A stretch of 64,000 nucleotides of DNA, taken from contig JABHLN010000003.1 in assembly GCA_018693105.1 (NCBI GenBank), positions 4,782 to 68,781 on the forward strand, in the 5' to 3' direction. Both the position numbers and the translations under genes were made by a program. Shown piece by piece: positions 30,903 through 41,971 of this stretch (its first letter is position 1; each line of letters starts with the position of its first letter). Source of the stretch: Desulfobacterales bacterium. GTDB taxonomy: Bacteria > Desulfobacterota > Desulfobacteria > Desulfobacterales > SURF-7. The notes beneath the pieces are model-generated. The model did no database searches. It saw nothing but the letters and a program-made list of their open reading frames with translations, and had not been told where the DNA came from.

Positions 30903-31712
30903 ATGAAGAAAATCATTATATCATTTATATTAATTTTTTCAGCTGCCATTATACTTATGCCAAAATACCTGTTTGCTGATGACCAGAAGGCCCGTAAAAT
31001 CATGCAGAAAGTTGAAGACCGGGATGACGGCGACAATATGACCGGACAGACTGAAATGATCCTTATTGATAAAAACAAGAAAGAGCGCAGGCGAAAAATC
31101 AAACGTTTCACAAAAGATAAAGGAGAAGACACATACAGTATTATGTTTTTCCAGCATCCTGCAGATGTTAAAGACACCGGGTTTTTAACGTATGATTATG
31201 ATGACCCTGATAGAGATGACGACCAGTGGCTGTTTCTCCCGGCCCTGAGAAAAACAAAAAGAATTGCTTCAAGTGATAAAAGCGGCAGCTTTATGGGATC
31301 TGACCTGAATTACTCTGATATGACTTCCCGCAATCTTGATGATTATGATTTCAAACTTATGAAGGTGTCTGAAGTAAGGGGAAAAAAGGTCTGGATTATT
31401 GAATCAATTCCTCGTTCTAAAGATGTTATTGAAGAAACCGGTTATAAAAAATCTGTCCTTTTTATTCGCCAGGACAATTATGTTCTTGTAAGGGCGGTAA
31501 ACTGGACAAAGAACGGGGGCTACCTGAAATATCTTGACGTAAAAAAGCTTGAGCTTATTGACAATATATGGATCGGCACTGAGTTACATGTAACAAAGAA
31601 AAAAGGGAAAAAGACAGTACATAAAACGATACTTAAAATAAATAATGTTAAATTCAACCAGGATCTTAACTACGAGCTTTTCACCATTCGCAGACTCGAA
31701 AAAGGGCTATAG
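30903..31712 (+). CDS. Outer membrane lipoprotein-sorting (LolA-like) protein
   Basis: PADVKDTGFL, DDQWLFLPALRKTKRI, SFMGSD; signal peptide. Confidence 0.85.
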   Translation: MKKIIISFILIFSAAIILMPKYLFADDQKARKIMQKVEDRDDGDNMTGQTEMILIDKNKKERRRKIKRFTKDKGEDTYSIMFFQHPADVKDTGFLTYDYDDPDRDDDQWLFLPALRKTKRIASSDKSGSFMGSDLNYSDMTSRNLDDYDFKLMKVSEVRGKKVWIIESIPRSKDVIEETGYKKSVLFIRQDNYVLVRAVNWTKNGGYLKYLDVKKLELIDNIWIGTELHVTKKKGKKTVHKTILKINNVKFNQDLNYELFTIRRLEKGL

Positions 31713-31721
31713 AGGATATTA

Positions 31722-31764
31722 CTGGTTTCCTTGGTTTAAATTAGTTTCATTGGTTTTATTGATT
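31722..31764. repeat. Degenerate ~9-bp periodic repeat (TTRGTT-NNN)
   Basis: ctggtttcc ttggtttaaa ttagtttca ttggtttta ttgatt. Confidence 0.45.
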
Positions 31765-31780
31765 ACACGGAAAGCAAAGC

Positions 31781-33184
31781 ATGAATAAAAAACTGAAATT
31801 ATTATTTACTGTTGTCTGCATATTTTTTTTAGTTTTCACAGTACCCATCTGTTCATTTTCGACAGAAAACAAAGGATTTGAAGAAGTATTGAACGGTTTT
31901 GAAGAAGACGATCAGGAATCAGATGATGCACTTTCAGGATTTGATGAAGAAGTTGAAGATATTTCACATGCAGAAGAAGAGATAGAAAAAACTTCTGTCT
32001 TCAGCCTTGACGGATATTTCAAGATCGGTACAGCTTTTAATATAGATAATGATGATAAAAAATGGCGTGGTCTTATCAAACTCCGTACAGAGACGCTTAT
32101 TGAACTGAACGTAAAACTTTCAGACTCATGGCAGGCACGTGCCGGATGCAATACATTTTTTGATTTTTCATATGATATGAACGGGCGATCGGAATATACA
32201 TCGGAAATACTTGATAATTATGAAAAGGCGCTTGAACTTCGTGAAGTATACATATTAGGAAGCCTTTCAAACAACCTTGATATAAAATTCGGCAGGCAGA
32301 TAGTGGTCTGGGGTAAATCGGACAACATAAGGGTTACCGATATTTTAAATCCTCTTAACATGCAGGAACCGGGATTGACCGATATCGAAGATCTGCGCCT
32401 TTCTGTTGTTATGACTCGAATAGACTACTACAAAGGCCAGTGGAATCTCACAACAATAGCCGTCCATGAAAACAGGTATAATAAAAACCCGGAATTCGGC
32501 AGTGATTTTTATGTTTTCCCTGTAAAAATGCCGGAGGAGAATACCCCAGCAAATGATTTCAGTAATACTGAATTCGCAGCTGCATTAAACGGTACCTTCT
32601 CAGGATGGGACATAGCATTATATTATGCAAATATATATAATGATACGCCTCACCTTGATACTTTAACTCTTCAAATGGAACATGGCAGAATAAAAATGGG
32701 AGGAATAGCATTCAACACTGCTTATGGGAACTGGCTTTTTAAAAGTGAAGTTGCTTATTTTTCGGGAATTGAATATTCACAAGTTTCAGGAAAAAAATAC
32801 TCAAGAACTGATGTCCTTATAGGTGCTGAATATTCTGGTATTTCAGATACTACCATAGGGTTTGAAGTAGTTGACAGACACCAGAATAACTATGAGCAAT
32901 TACTTGATCTTCTTCCCATGAAAGTCGTAAGAGATGAAGTCCAGACAGCTATACGGATTACAAGAAAGTATATGAATGACACTCTTACCTTGACAATGCT
33001 CGCATCTTTTTTTGGAGAAACAGCACAGCATGGCGCATTTGAACGCATTTCAACTGGATATGATCTCTCTGACACTATAAATATAGCATGCGGAGTCATC
33101 CTATACCAGGCAGGCGACACACTCTCATTTAAGAACATAGACGACAATACCCGTATTTTCATGGATATAAAATACAATTTTTAG
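31781..33184 (+). CDS. Outer membrane beta-barrel protein (DUF1302-like)
   Basis: Signal peptide, ELREVY, GRQIVVWGKSD, C-terminal IKYNF. Confidence 0.75.
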   Translation: MNKKLKLLFTVVCIFFLVFTVPICSFSTENKGFEEVLNGFEEDDQESDDALSGFDEEVEDISHAEEEIEKTSVFSLDGYFKIGTAFNIDNDDKKWRGLIKLRTETLIELNVKLSDSWQARAGCNTFFDFSYDMNGRSEYTSEILDNYEKALELREVYILGSLSNNLDIKFGRQIVVWGKSDNIRVTDILNPLNMQEPGLTDIEDLRLSVVMTRIDYYKGQWNLTTIAVHENRYNKNPEFGSDFYVFPVKMPEENTPANDFSNTEFAAALNGTFSGWDIALYYANIYNDTPHLDTLTLQMEHGRIKMGGIAFNTAYGNWLFKSEVAYFSGIEYSQVSGKKYSRTDVLIGAEYSGISDTTIGFEVVDRHQNNYEQLLDLLPMKVVRDEVQTAIRITRKYMNDTLTLTMLASFFGETAQHGAFERISTGYDLSDTINIACGVILYQAGDTLSFKNIDDNTRIFMDIKYNF

Positions 33185-33282
33185 CTGCAAATCATTTGAA
33201 GCAAGGGGTGCTGTTTTGTAAAATATAAATCTTTATATGATAAGGTATAGAGCTACCATAAAAATAATCAAGGAGATCATCC

Positions 33283-33804
33283 ATGAGTAAAACAGAAGAA
33301 AACTTAATGACAGCTTTTCTAGGCGAATCTCAGACAAGAACCAAATATTCCTATTATGCACAGATTGCCAGGAAAGAAGGGTATCATTATATTGCTAAAA
33401 TATTTGAAGAAACAGCGGAAAATGAAAAATATCATGCTATAGAAGAATTTAAACTCCTTTATGATGAAAAGGATACCGCCGCTAATTTAAAAGAAGCTAT
33501 TGAAGGTGAAAATTACGAAACAGAAGAGATGTATCCAAAATTTGCACGGGAAGCTGAAGTCGAAGGTAATAAGGAAGCATGCATTCTGTTTAATCAAATA
33601 GGTAAAATTGAAAGAAATCACAGGGATCGGTTTAAAAAACTATTGGAACTAATAGAATCCGGTAGTGTATATGAGCGAGAAGAACCTATCAGGTGGAAAT
33701 GCAGTATATGCGGCTATACTTATGAAGGCCGGGAAGCGCCAACTCGATGTCCATATTGTAAGCACCCCAAACAATACTTTGAACCGGCTAACCTTGATGT
33801 ATAA
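33283..33804 (+). CDS. rbr: Rubrerythrin
   Basis: AFLGES, ENEKYHA, ENYE, ERNH di-iron ligands; C-terminal CSICGY...CPYC. Confidence 0.92.
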   Translation: MSKTEENLMTAFLGESQTRTKYSYYAQIARKEGYHYIAKIFEETAENEKYHAIEEFKLLYDEKDTAANLKEAIEGENYETEEMYPKFAREAEVEGNKEACILFNQIGKIERNHRDRFKKLLELIESGSVYEREEPIRWKCSICGYTYEGREAPTRCPYCKHPKQYFEPANLDV

Positions 33805-33855
33805 AGGCCATGAAGATAAAGCTCAAACGATTAACCCCCTCTAAGGAGTAAGTAA

Positions 33856-35268
33856 ATGGCAAAATACTTATGTGAAGTTTGTGAATATATTTATAATGAA
33901 GAGAAAACCGATACGATGTGGAATGAGCTTCCCGATGAATGGGTTTGCCCTGTATGCGGTTCTACAAAAAAGTATTTTAAAAGCATACAGGAAGAACAGC
34001 CTGAACCAGAAGATGTAGTTTCAACTGTTCCTGAAGAAGATGATGATGATATCCTGGATTTGAAAAAAACAATGGCTGAATCTGAAAGTCATTTTTCTGA
34101 TATCCGGGAAATTTCTGAAAGTGGGAAATCGATTTATGAACCCATGCGTACAAAACTTAATACTTTTTCATGGGATGAAATTTTAATAAAAGGTGCTCAG
34201 CTCAACAGAATTCCATTGAATACAGATGATCCAGTCAAAACCAGAACAATTATAGGTCCGGGATCTAATCAGCCTCTAATTATTGAAACTCCTGTTTATA
34301 TCGCTCATATGTCCTTTGGCGCACTTTCAAGGGAAGCAAAGATTGCCCTTTCAAAAGGAAGTTCAGCTGTTAAATCCGCCATATGTTCCGGTGAGGGGGG
34401 GATTCTTCAGGAAGAACATGAAAATTCTTATAAATACATATTTGAATATGTACCCAACCAATATAGTGTAACCGAAGAAAATTTAAAAAAAGTAGACGCA
34501 ATTGAAATAAAGATCGGTCAATCCGCTAAACCCGGTATGGGAGGGCACTTGCCTTCCGGAAAAGTTACAGACGAGATAGCTATGATCAGGGGTTCAAAAA
34601 AAGGGGAAGATATAAAAAGCCCCTCCCACTTCCCTGGTATAAAAACCAAGGAGGATTTAAAGCAGAAAGTAGAGTGGTTAAGAAAAATTTCCGGGGGTAA
34701 ACCTATAGGTATAAAAATGGCTGCAGGCCACATCGAAGATGACCTTGAGATTGCATTATACGCTGGCCCTGATTTTATTACGCTTGATGGACGGGCAGGT
34801 GGTACCGGTTCTTCACCCAAGTTTATAAAAGCAGCCACATCAGTACCAACAATATTCGCATTATATCGGGCCCGTAAATATTTTGATGAGAATAACATCA
34901 AAGATGTAAGTCTGATTATAACCGGCGGCCTTAGAGTTTCATCTGATTTTGCTAAAGCATTGGCTTTGGGAGCTGACGCAATAGCCGTTGGTACTTCAGC
35001 CTTAATTGCAATAGGATGCCAGCAATACCGTGTATGCAACACAGGCAAATGCCCAATGGGAATTGCAACACAGGACCCTGATTTGAGAAGACGATTAAAT
35101 ATTGACAATTCAGCAAAGCAGGTTGAAAACTATTTAGCTATTTCTACCGAAGAAATAAAAGATTTCGCAAGACTGACCGGAAACAATAATGTACATAATA
35201 TTGGAGTACATGACCTTTGTACAACCAATTCAGAAATTTCCAACCACACATCAATTAAGCATGTTTAA
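33856..35268 (+). CDS. Rubredoxin domain fused to an FMN-binding glutamate synthase domain
   Basis: CEVCEY...WVCPVC; MSFGALS, SGEGG, EIKIGQSAKPGMGGHL, GGTG, TGGLR, CQQYRVCNTGKCP. Confidence 0.88.
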   Translation: MAKYLCEVCEYIYNEEKTDTMWNELPDEWVCPVCGSTKKYFKSIQEEQPEPEDVVSTVPEEDDDDILDLKKTMAESESHFSDIREISESGKSIYEPMRTKLNTFSWDEILIKGAQLNRIPLNTDDPVKTRTIIGPGSNQPLIIETPVYIAHMSFGALSREAKIALSKGSSAVKSAICSGEGGILQEEHENSYKYIFEYVPNQYSVTEENLKKVDAIEIKIGQSAKPGMGGHLPSGKVTDEIAMIRGSKKGEDIKSPSHFPGIKTKEDLKQKVEWLRKISGGKPIGIKMAAGHIEDDLEIALYAGPDFITLDGRAGGTGSSPKFIKAATSVPTIFALYRARKYFDENNIKDVSLIITGGLRVSSDFAKALALGADAIAVGTSALIAIGCQQYRVCNTGKCPMGIATQDPDLRRRLNIDNSAKQVENYLAISTEEIKDFARLTGNNNVHNIGVHDLCTTNSEISNHTSIKHV

Positions 35269-35279
35269 AAGGTGGGATT

Positions 35280-36266
35280 ATGAAAGCACTTGTTACCGGA
35301 GCAGGAGGCTTTATTGGTTCTTTTATATTAAAAGAGCTTGTCAGTAGAGGATATGAGGCAAGAGCCCTTTTCCTTCCACATGAAGATTCAACTGGGGCTG
35401 AAAAATCAGGAGTCGAAATAGTACGCGGAGACCTGACTCGCCCTGACACATTAAGGAATATCGCTGACGATATCGACCTGGTCTTTCATCTTGCCGGAAG
35501 AGTCCTTGACTGGGGGCCTAAAAAGGCCTTCAAGGCAGTTATGGTTGACGGTACAAAAAGCCTTCTTGAAGAATGTAAAGGAAAAATTAAACGCTTCATA
35601 TATTTTTCTTCCATAGCAGCACTAGGCATGAACCGTAACCTTGTGGGACTTGATGAAGATGCAGAGAGACAAAGAACAGGTATTTCTTATTGTGATACAA
35701 AAATTGATGCGGAGATACTCGTAAATGATTTCTGCATTCAACATGACATGTCATACGTCATAATTCGACCATCAAATGTAATAGGGCCAGGAAGTGTCTG
35801 GGTCAAAGATATTATTGATGCTTTTCAGAAAGGTCCCATGCCGTTAATCGGTGATGGAAATGTTCCAGGAGCATTCATCTATATAAATAACCTTGTTGAT
35901 GGGACAATATATGCTGCAGAATTAGAAAATGCCTCCGGTAGAACATACCATCTACGGGATGACTATGATATTACATGGAAGCAATACATGGAGACGCTTG
36001 GAAGCTGGGTCGATAAAAAACCGTTTGTAAGTGTTCCGGTAAAACTGGCATGGGCTCTCGCATCTTTTTTTGAGGTTATTTTGAATCCCATTTCAATTCG
36101 CCCACCCATTTCACGGCTGGCTGTCGGTGTGCTTGGAAGAAATAACGATGTTGATAATTCCCGTGCACGTAAAGAATTAAATTGGAAAAGCCGGATCAAT
36201 CTTAATGAAGCAATGGATGAAATCAGGCAGTGGGTTATAGAAGAGTACCTGAATACTCAAAAATAA
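35280..36266 (+). CDS. NAD-dependent epimerase/dehydratase (3-beta-HSD-like)
   Basis: TGAGGFIG, SS, YCDTK, RPSNVIGPG. Confidence 0.88.
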   Translation: MKALVTGAGGFIGSFILKELVSRGYEARALFLPHEDSTGAEKSGVEIVRGDLTRPDTLRNIADDIDLVFHLAGRVLDWGPKKAFKAVMVDGTKSLLEECKGKIKRFIYFSSIAALGMNRNLVGLDEDAERQRTGISYCDTKIDAEILVNDFCIQHDMSYVIIRPSNVIGPGSVWVKDIIDAFQKGPMPLIGDGNVPGAFIYINNLVDGTIYAAELENASGRTYHLRDDYDITWKQYMETLGSWVDKKPFVSVPVKLAWALASFFEVILNPISIRPPISRLAVGVLGRNNDVDNSRARKELNWKSRINLNEAMDEIRQWVIEEYLNTQK

Positions 36267-36500
36267 ATAGATAAACAAAAAAACCTTCACCATGCTTTGA
36301 ACAGCCAGTATAAAAAATCCTATCATTTCTTGACAATCTAGTGAATTTTTGAGATTTTTATATATTACAAATAATTTCTGGCCTTTAAATCTGGTTTGTT
36401 TTATTTCAGATGAGTCGGTAATTGCTACAAAAGAAATTGTTTTTACATAATCTGATATTTTTTAAAAAACCAAATCAACCTGAATCGGTATTAATCAACA

Positions 36501-37607
36501 ATGAATAAAGTCCTTTTCGTTGACGATGACAAAAACTTACTTGATGGCTACAAACGTCGCCTGAGAAAACAATTTGATATCGTGACTGCCTTAGGAGCAG
36601 AAGAAGGCCTTGACACAATCAAAACCAAGGGACCTTTTGAGGTTATAGTATCTGATCTTCGCATGCCGGTAATGGACGGTTTTGAATTCCTGGCACGGGC
36701 CAAAAAAATAAGCCCTGAAAGTGTATGCATGGTGCTCACCAGCCATACAGATCTTCAGGAATCAATGAAAGCTGTTAATGAAGAGAACATTTTTCGTTTT
36801 CTGACCAAACCCTGTAAAACACACCTAATGGTCAAGGCAATTTCTGCCGGGATAAAGCAGTATATAAAAAACTCCCAGATGGCTTCTGAAAAAAAACCAC
36901 TGGAAAACATAAAAAGCCCTAAAAAAATTCTCATTGTCGATGACGATCCCGAAACTCTGACAATAATATCCACCGCTCTCAAAGACCAGGACAAACTATA
37001 TGTTTTGACTGCTGAAAACGGAAGTGTGGCGGCAAAACTCTTAAATATTATAAAAATTGATGTCGCAATTATCGATAAAGAAATGCCGGTAATGAACGGC
37101 ATAAAACTCATGAATCATATCTATGAAAAATATCCTGAAATTCAGACTTTCATGATGACCTGGCATATGACAACTAAATTTGAAAAAGAAATACACGCAT
37201 TAGGGTGTTCCGGATATTTTCTAAAACCTCCGGATATTGACAGTTTAACAAACAGGATAATTGAAGAGATTCAATCAGGTACTATCGCCAAAATTGACGG
37301 GATAAGTGTTGCTGCATGCATGCAGATGATTGAAGCAGAGGAAAAGACATGTACAATAAAGATTACTTCGGATAATAAAACCGGATTTATTTATTTTTTA
37401 AAAGGCAACCTGATTTCAGCAAAAGCCGACGATATAAGAAATGAAAAGGCCGCTTATGAAATAATCAATTGGGAGAGGCCTGTTATAGAAATTGAAGATA
37501 CCCTGGAATTTCAAAAGAAGGAGATTAACAAACCACTTATGTGGATACTTATGGAAGCTGCAAAAATAAGGGACCATAAAGCTTTTAAAGATAAGTCGGC
37601 TGTCTGA
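36501..37607 (+). CDS. Response regulator with two REC domains and a C-terminal DUF4388-like domain
   Basis: FVDDD/SDLRMP/TKP and IVDDD/IDKEMP/LKP; MQMIEAEEKTC..GFIYFLKGNLISA. Confidence 0.85.
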   Translation: MNKVLFVDDDKNLLDGYKRRLRKQFDIVTALGAEEGLDTIKTKGPFEVIVSDLRMPVMDGFEFLARAKKISPESVCMVLTSHTDLQESMKAVNEENIFRFLTKPCKTHLMVKAISAGIKQYIKNSQMASEKKPLENIKSPKKILIVDDDPETLTIISTALKDQDKLYVLTAENGSVAAKLLNIIKIDVAIIDKEMPVMNGIKLMNHIYEKYPEIQTFMMTWHMTTKFEKEIHALGCSGYFLKPPDIDSLTNRIIEEIQSGTIAKIDGISVAACMQMIEAEEKTCTIKITSDNKTGFIYFLKGNLISAKADDIRNEKAAYEIINWERPVIEIEDTLEFQKKEINKPLMWILMEAAKIRDHKAFKDKSAV

Positions 37608-37683
37608 TGTAAACTTTTTTATTATAAGTAAGGGCTTTTGAAAAAATAAAATATCAGAATATGTTTATAAGGATAAGGTAAAG

Positions 37684-38955
37684 ATGGGGCAGGAATACAA
37701 ATTTTCAAGAATTGAAGAACAATTAATTAAAGAAGGATTCATAGATTCAAAAGACATCGAAAAAGCATATGATATTCAGCTAAAAAAAATTGAAGATTCA
37801 AAAATGCCTCTTGGAATAATATTTGTAAATAACGGGGGCGTATCAAAAGAAAAGATACTCAACCTGCTAAAACATCCTGATATTCAAAATAATATCCGTA
37901 CAACAGCACTTTCAAAAGGACTGATCAGCCAAAGGCAGTTATCAGAAAGCGGAACTGAAGAAACCAAAATGCAGGATATTACTTCAATATGGTTAAAGAG
38001 GGGGTATATTAACAAAACCGAGCTTAAAAAGATCATGTATGAGCAGCTTGACGGAAAAATATTCTGGAACCTTGCATTACTTTTAGGCCTTGTAAGCGAA
38101 AAAGCGCTTGAAGAAGCTTTAAGAATAAAACATTTTAAGAAATCAATCTGTGAAATATTACATGACCTTAATCTTATTACTCTCACAGAATTAAATCATA
38201 CTTTCAAAAAAATTAACACGGAACTCATATTAGGAACAATTTTACTTCAGCAGAGTATTGTTAATGAAGATGATTTGAATAAGGCTCTGCATGAACAGGA
38301 ACAAACATCACATTCTCTGGGCAAAATACTTGTTAGAAATATGTTGATTTCCAATGATCAGCTGTATTTTGCTCTTTCCATTCAGAACGATGTTCCTTTC
38401 CAGAAGCTTGAAGGTTTTGTTTTCTATGATAAACAGAAACTTGATCTTCGTGATATTATAGGTCAGCGTTATGCAGAAGAAAAAAAAATGATCCCGTTGT
38501 TCTTGAACAACTATAATCTTACAATAGCCATATCAAATCCTGTAAATATTCTGAATGCGCATGAGCTTCGTTCATTATATAAAAATCTTCAGATATCATG
38601 TATATTGATTACAGAAGAAAAGTTTGAGCAGTTATATTCAATCCTATACGGGGAAATACTTAAAACCTCAGAAACACAATATAAAAAACCGATTGATGAA
38701 TATCAGGTTGAAGAGCGTACAACCCTTTCTGATTTAAAAATGCAAAAACAGCTGGTTGATAATTTATATTTAAAATACAAAACCCTGCAAAATAAAATAG
38801 GGGAAAAGCCATTTGAATCCGGGGAAAAATTATTTCAGGAATTTATTGAAAGTAACTATAAAAGTACATGTGAAAAATTTAAATGTAACAAAGTTGTCTT
38901 TTGGTTGGAAGTAAAAGACAACAATATAAGAACAATGGCATTACCAATGCAGTAA
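37684..38955 (+). CDS. PilB/GspE N-terminal (MshEN/T2SSE_N)-like protein lacking an ATPase domain
   Basis: Repeated LGxxLxxxxxIS/N motifs, ALSIQ, A...KMIPL...LTIAISNP; no Walker motifs. Confidence 0.7.
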   Translation: MGQEYKFSRIEEQLIKEGFIDSKDIEKAYDIQLKKIEDSKMPLGIIFVNNGGVSKEKILNLLKHPDIQNNIRTTALSKGLISQRQLSESGTEETKMQDITSIWLKRGYINKTELKKIMYEQLDGKIFWNLALLLGLVSEKALEEALRIKHFKKSICEILHDLNLITLTELNHTFKKINTELILGTILLQQSIVNEDDLNKALHEQEQTSHSLGKILVRNMLISNDQLYFALSIQNDVPFQKLEGFVFYDKQKLDLRDIIGQRYAEEKKMIPLFLNNYNLTIAISNPVNILNAHELRSLYKNLQISCILITEEKFEQLYSILYGEILKTSETQYKKPIDEYQVEERTTLSDLKMQKQLVDNLYLKYKTLQNKIGEKPFESGEKLFQEFIESNYKSTCEKFKCNKVVFWLEVKDNNIRTMALPMQ

Positions 38956-38992
38956 ATAATATTTAAAATAATTAATAACAATTTATCTTAAA

Positions 38993-40222
38993 ATGACAAA
39001 AACAATTACAATTACAAGTGGAAAAGGCGGTGTAGGTAAAACTAATATCTGTGTAAACCTGGCGTTGCAACTTTCACAGTCAGGTTATAATACATGCCTT
39101 TTTGATGCCGATTTAGGGCTTTCAAATATAAACATACTTCTAGGGCTATATCCGGAATATACTCTGGAAAATGTATTAAAAGGCGAAAAAAGCATAAAAG
39201 ACATAATTATCCGTTATACACGCGGAGTCGATATTGTACCGGGAAGCACGGGGGTTGAATTCCTTGCAGATCTTCCATCAGATAATTTGAAACACCTTCT
39301 TGATGCATCCTTACAACTCACAGGCTACGATTATACTTTATTTGATACAGCTGCCGGAATATCAAAAAATGTTATTTCATTCTGCATGGCTTCTTCAGTA
39401 GTAATTTTAGTTATCTCCCCTGAACCAACATCCCTGACTGACGGGTATTCACTTTTAAAAGTATTGTCATTAAAAGGTTTCAATAAAGAAGTTAAGATAG
39501 TTGTAAATAGAAGTAATGACAAAAAAATGGCGGAATTAATATTTGAAAAATTCCATACTGCTGCTAAAAAGTTCCTGCATCTTCAAATTACATACGCAGG
39601 ATACATTATTGAAGATGAATGTCTGCTTGATTCGGTTAACAGGCAGGGTGCTGTAGTATCACTTTATCCAAGCTCTAATGCATCTTTATGTATCAGGGAT
39701 ATAGCAAAAAATCTGGTTGAAAACATATCTGATGATAAGAGTTCGGATAAAACTGACAATGTCTGGTCGCAATATATTGAACTTATTGAAGGCCCAGTGA
39801 AGACACAGGCAATTGATAAAAATGATAATTTGAAAAGCCAGATAAAAACAGATACCGGTATTAATGAAACACCCCAACAAAATCCTGATGACAGAGAACT
39901 TACAACATGGGATTTAAACGAAGAAATGCCCAGCAATATGGAGGATGATACGAAAGTATCACAGGAAGACCATGAGATAAATCATGAAAACCCTAAGCTT
40001 AATACTGTAGTAAATTCCATAAATGATCTTGTTGAAACTGTTTCTTCAATATCCTTGGAGATGGGTGAAATAAGAAGAGCAATCAAAATCGATGACCGGG
40101 ATAACTTACAGCCAGACGTACTCGAAAAGAATGATGACTTAAATAACCCGACTTTTTTAGTTTTTGATTTTAAAGATTATGTTAAAAAACGAAAAATTCA
40201 GCAGGCTATGAATAAGGAGTAA
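38993..40222 (+). CDS. MinD/FlhG-family ATPase with an acidic C-terminal extension
   Basis: SGKGGVGKT, DADLGLSN, DTAAG, PEPTSLTDGY. Confidence 0.88.
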   Translation: MTKTITITSGKGGVGKTNICVNLALQLSQSGYNTCLFDADLGLSNINILLGLYPEYTLENVLKGEKSIKDIIIRYTRGVDIVPGSTGVEFLADLPSDNLKHLLDASLQLTGYDYTLFDTAAGISKNVISFCMASSVVILVISPEPTSLTDGYSLLKVLSLKGFNKEVKIVVNRSNDKKMAELIFEKFHTAAKKFLHLQITYAGYIIEDECLLDSVNRQGAVVSLYPSSNASLCIRDIAKNLVENISDDKSSDKTDNVWSQYIELIEGPVKTQAIDKNDNLKSQIKTDTGINETPQQNPDDRELTTWDLNEEMPSNMEDDTKVSQEDHEINHENPKLNTVVNSINDLVETVSSISLEMGEIRRAIKIDDRDNLQPDVLEKNDDLNNPTFLVFDFKDYVKKRKIQQAMNKE

Positions 40223-40227
40223 AAAAA

Positions 40228-41868
40228 GTGGGACCTGATAATAACAATAAGTCAAACCAGAAATTTCCTATACTTATTGCTGAAGATGAACAGATAACGA
40301 GAGGACTCCTTGTCAAAATTCTTACAAACGCAGGATATGATGTTGTGGCTGTAGAAAATGGGCGGGAAGCTCTTGAAGCCTTTGATGAAAAATTCTACCC
40401 TATGGTCTTAACCGATTGGATGATGCCCGAAGTAGACGGTATAACAGTATGCAGTACAATTCGCCAAAAAAAATTAGACAGATATGTTTTTATTATAATA
40501 CTGACAGCTCTGAAGAACACAGATGATATTGTTAAAGGCCTTGAAGCAGGAGCTGACGATTATGTGGCAAAACCTATTGATCAGGCAGAACTCATAGCGA
40601 GATTAAATACGGGCAAACGGGTTCTCATGCTCGAAAATTCTTTAAACCAATCAAACGATGAACTTCAAATAGAGATAGAAAAAAGGAAACGTGTACAAAA
40701 AGTTATATTAAAACGCGAAAAAGAGATGCAAAAAATTTTCGAGTCATTACCAATAGGGGTTATTCTTGTTGACAATCAAACAAAAAATATAAGCTGGGCA
40801 AACCCCAGCGCTCTTAAAATGATTAATATTGGAGAAGAAGAGGTTGCAAAACATAAATACAAGTCTTTTTTCAAGACTGTACAATCAGGACAGTCCCTTC
40901 TCAATGATCAATCCTCAGGCAATGAAACACTTCAAAAAACTGATGGTGAAACAATTCCAATTTTGAAAAGTGAAACTTATATCAATTATAAAGAAAGAGA
41001 TCATATCCTTTATGCTTTTTTTGATTTATCCGATATCAAAAAGCTTGAAGACCAATTGTTAAGAGTACGGAAACTTGAGTCAGTGGGCCAACTGGCATCT
41101 GGTATTGCACACGAGATTAATACACCGGCACAATATGTCACGGACAATATGTATTTTTTACAGGACTCCTTTGAAGATATAATGAACCTTATTACTGAAT
41201 ATGATAAACTCGCAGAAGGATTAAAAAATAATGCTGTTACGGAAGATATGGTCAATGAATTAGAAGAAGCTGCTAAGAGTGCGGATATGGATTACCTTGC
41301 AACTGAAATACCCGAGTCAATTCGCCAGTCACTTGAAGGAATGGAGCGTATTACAAATATAGTACAGGCAATAAGCGACTTTTCTCACCCCGGCTCAACA
41401 GAAAAAACCAAAGTAGATATCAATAAAGTTATTCAAAGCACAATAACCGTATCAATGAATACATGGACTGACAAAGCTGTAATAAAAACAGATTTTGATT
41501 CAGACCTTCCACTTGTACCCTGCCTTCCCGGAGAATTTAACCAGGCAATCCTAAATATTATTATAAATGGTGTACATGCTGTTACCGAAGTAGCAGAAAA
41601 AGAAGACAATAAGAAGGGAGAAATTCTTGTGTCTACAAGGCAGGATACTGATTGGATAGAAATAAAAATAAGTGATAACGGTGAAGGCATACCTGAACAT
41701 ATTCAGGATAGAATATTCGATCCTTTTTTTACAACAAGAGATGTGGGGCAAGGCCTGGGACAGGGACTGGCTATATCACACTCAATAATTTCCAATCATG
41801 ATGGAACCATAAATTTTTCTTCAGAAACAGGAAAGGGAACAACATTCACGATTCGCATACCGCTATAA
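40228..41868 (+). CDS. Hybrid sensor histidine kinase (REC-PAS-HisKA-HATPase)
   Basis: IAEDE/TDWMMP/AKP; GIAHEINTP; NIIIN, SDNGEGI, FDPFFTT, GLGQGL. Confidence 0.92.
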   Translation: MGPDNNNKSNQKFPILIAEDEQITRGLLVKILTNAGYDVVAVENGREALEAFDEKFYPMVLTDWMMPEVDGITVCSTIRQKKLDRYVFIIILTALKNTDDIVKGLEAGADDYVAKPIDQAELIARLNTGKRVLMLENSLNQSNDELQIEIEKRKRVQKVILKREKEMQKIFESLPIGVILVDNQTKNISWANPSALKMINIGEEEVAKHKYKSFFKTVQSGQSLLNDQSSGNETLQKTDGETIPILKSETYINYKERDHILYAFFDLSDIKKLEDQLLRVRKLESVGQLASGIAHEINTPAQYVTDNMYFLQDSFEDIMNLITEYDKLAEGLKNNAVTEDMVNELEEAAKSADMDYLATEIPESIRQSLEGMERITNIVQAISDFSHPGSTEKTKVDINKVIQSTITVSMNTWTDKAVIKTDFDSDLPLVPCLPGEFNQAILNIIINGVHAVTEVAEKEDNKKGEILVSTRQDTDWIEIKISDNGEGIPEHIQDRIFDPFFTTRDVGQGLGQGLAISHSIISNHDGTINFSSETGKGTTFTIRIPL

Positions 41869-41971
41869 GGTTTGGCACAAAAATAAGATATTATTATTAA
41901 GCTATCGAATATGAACTTAATACATTTTAAAAAATGAATCTTTCAATAGGATTTATCAGAGGTGATACAAA

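Noticed and set aside
41872..41890. Sigma54 promoter (TGGCAC)
   Set aside because: No GC at the -12 position
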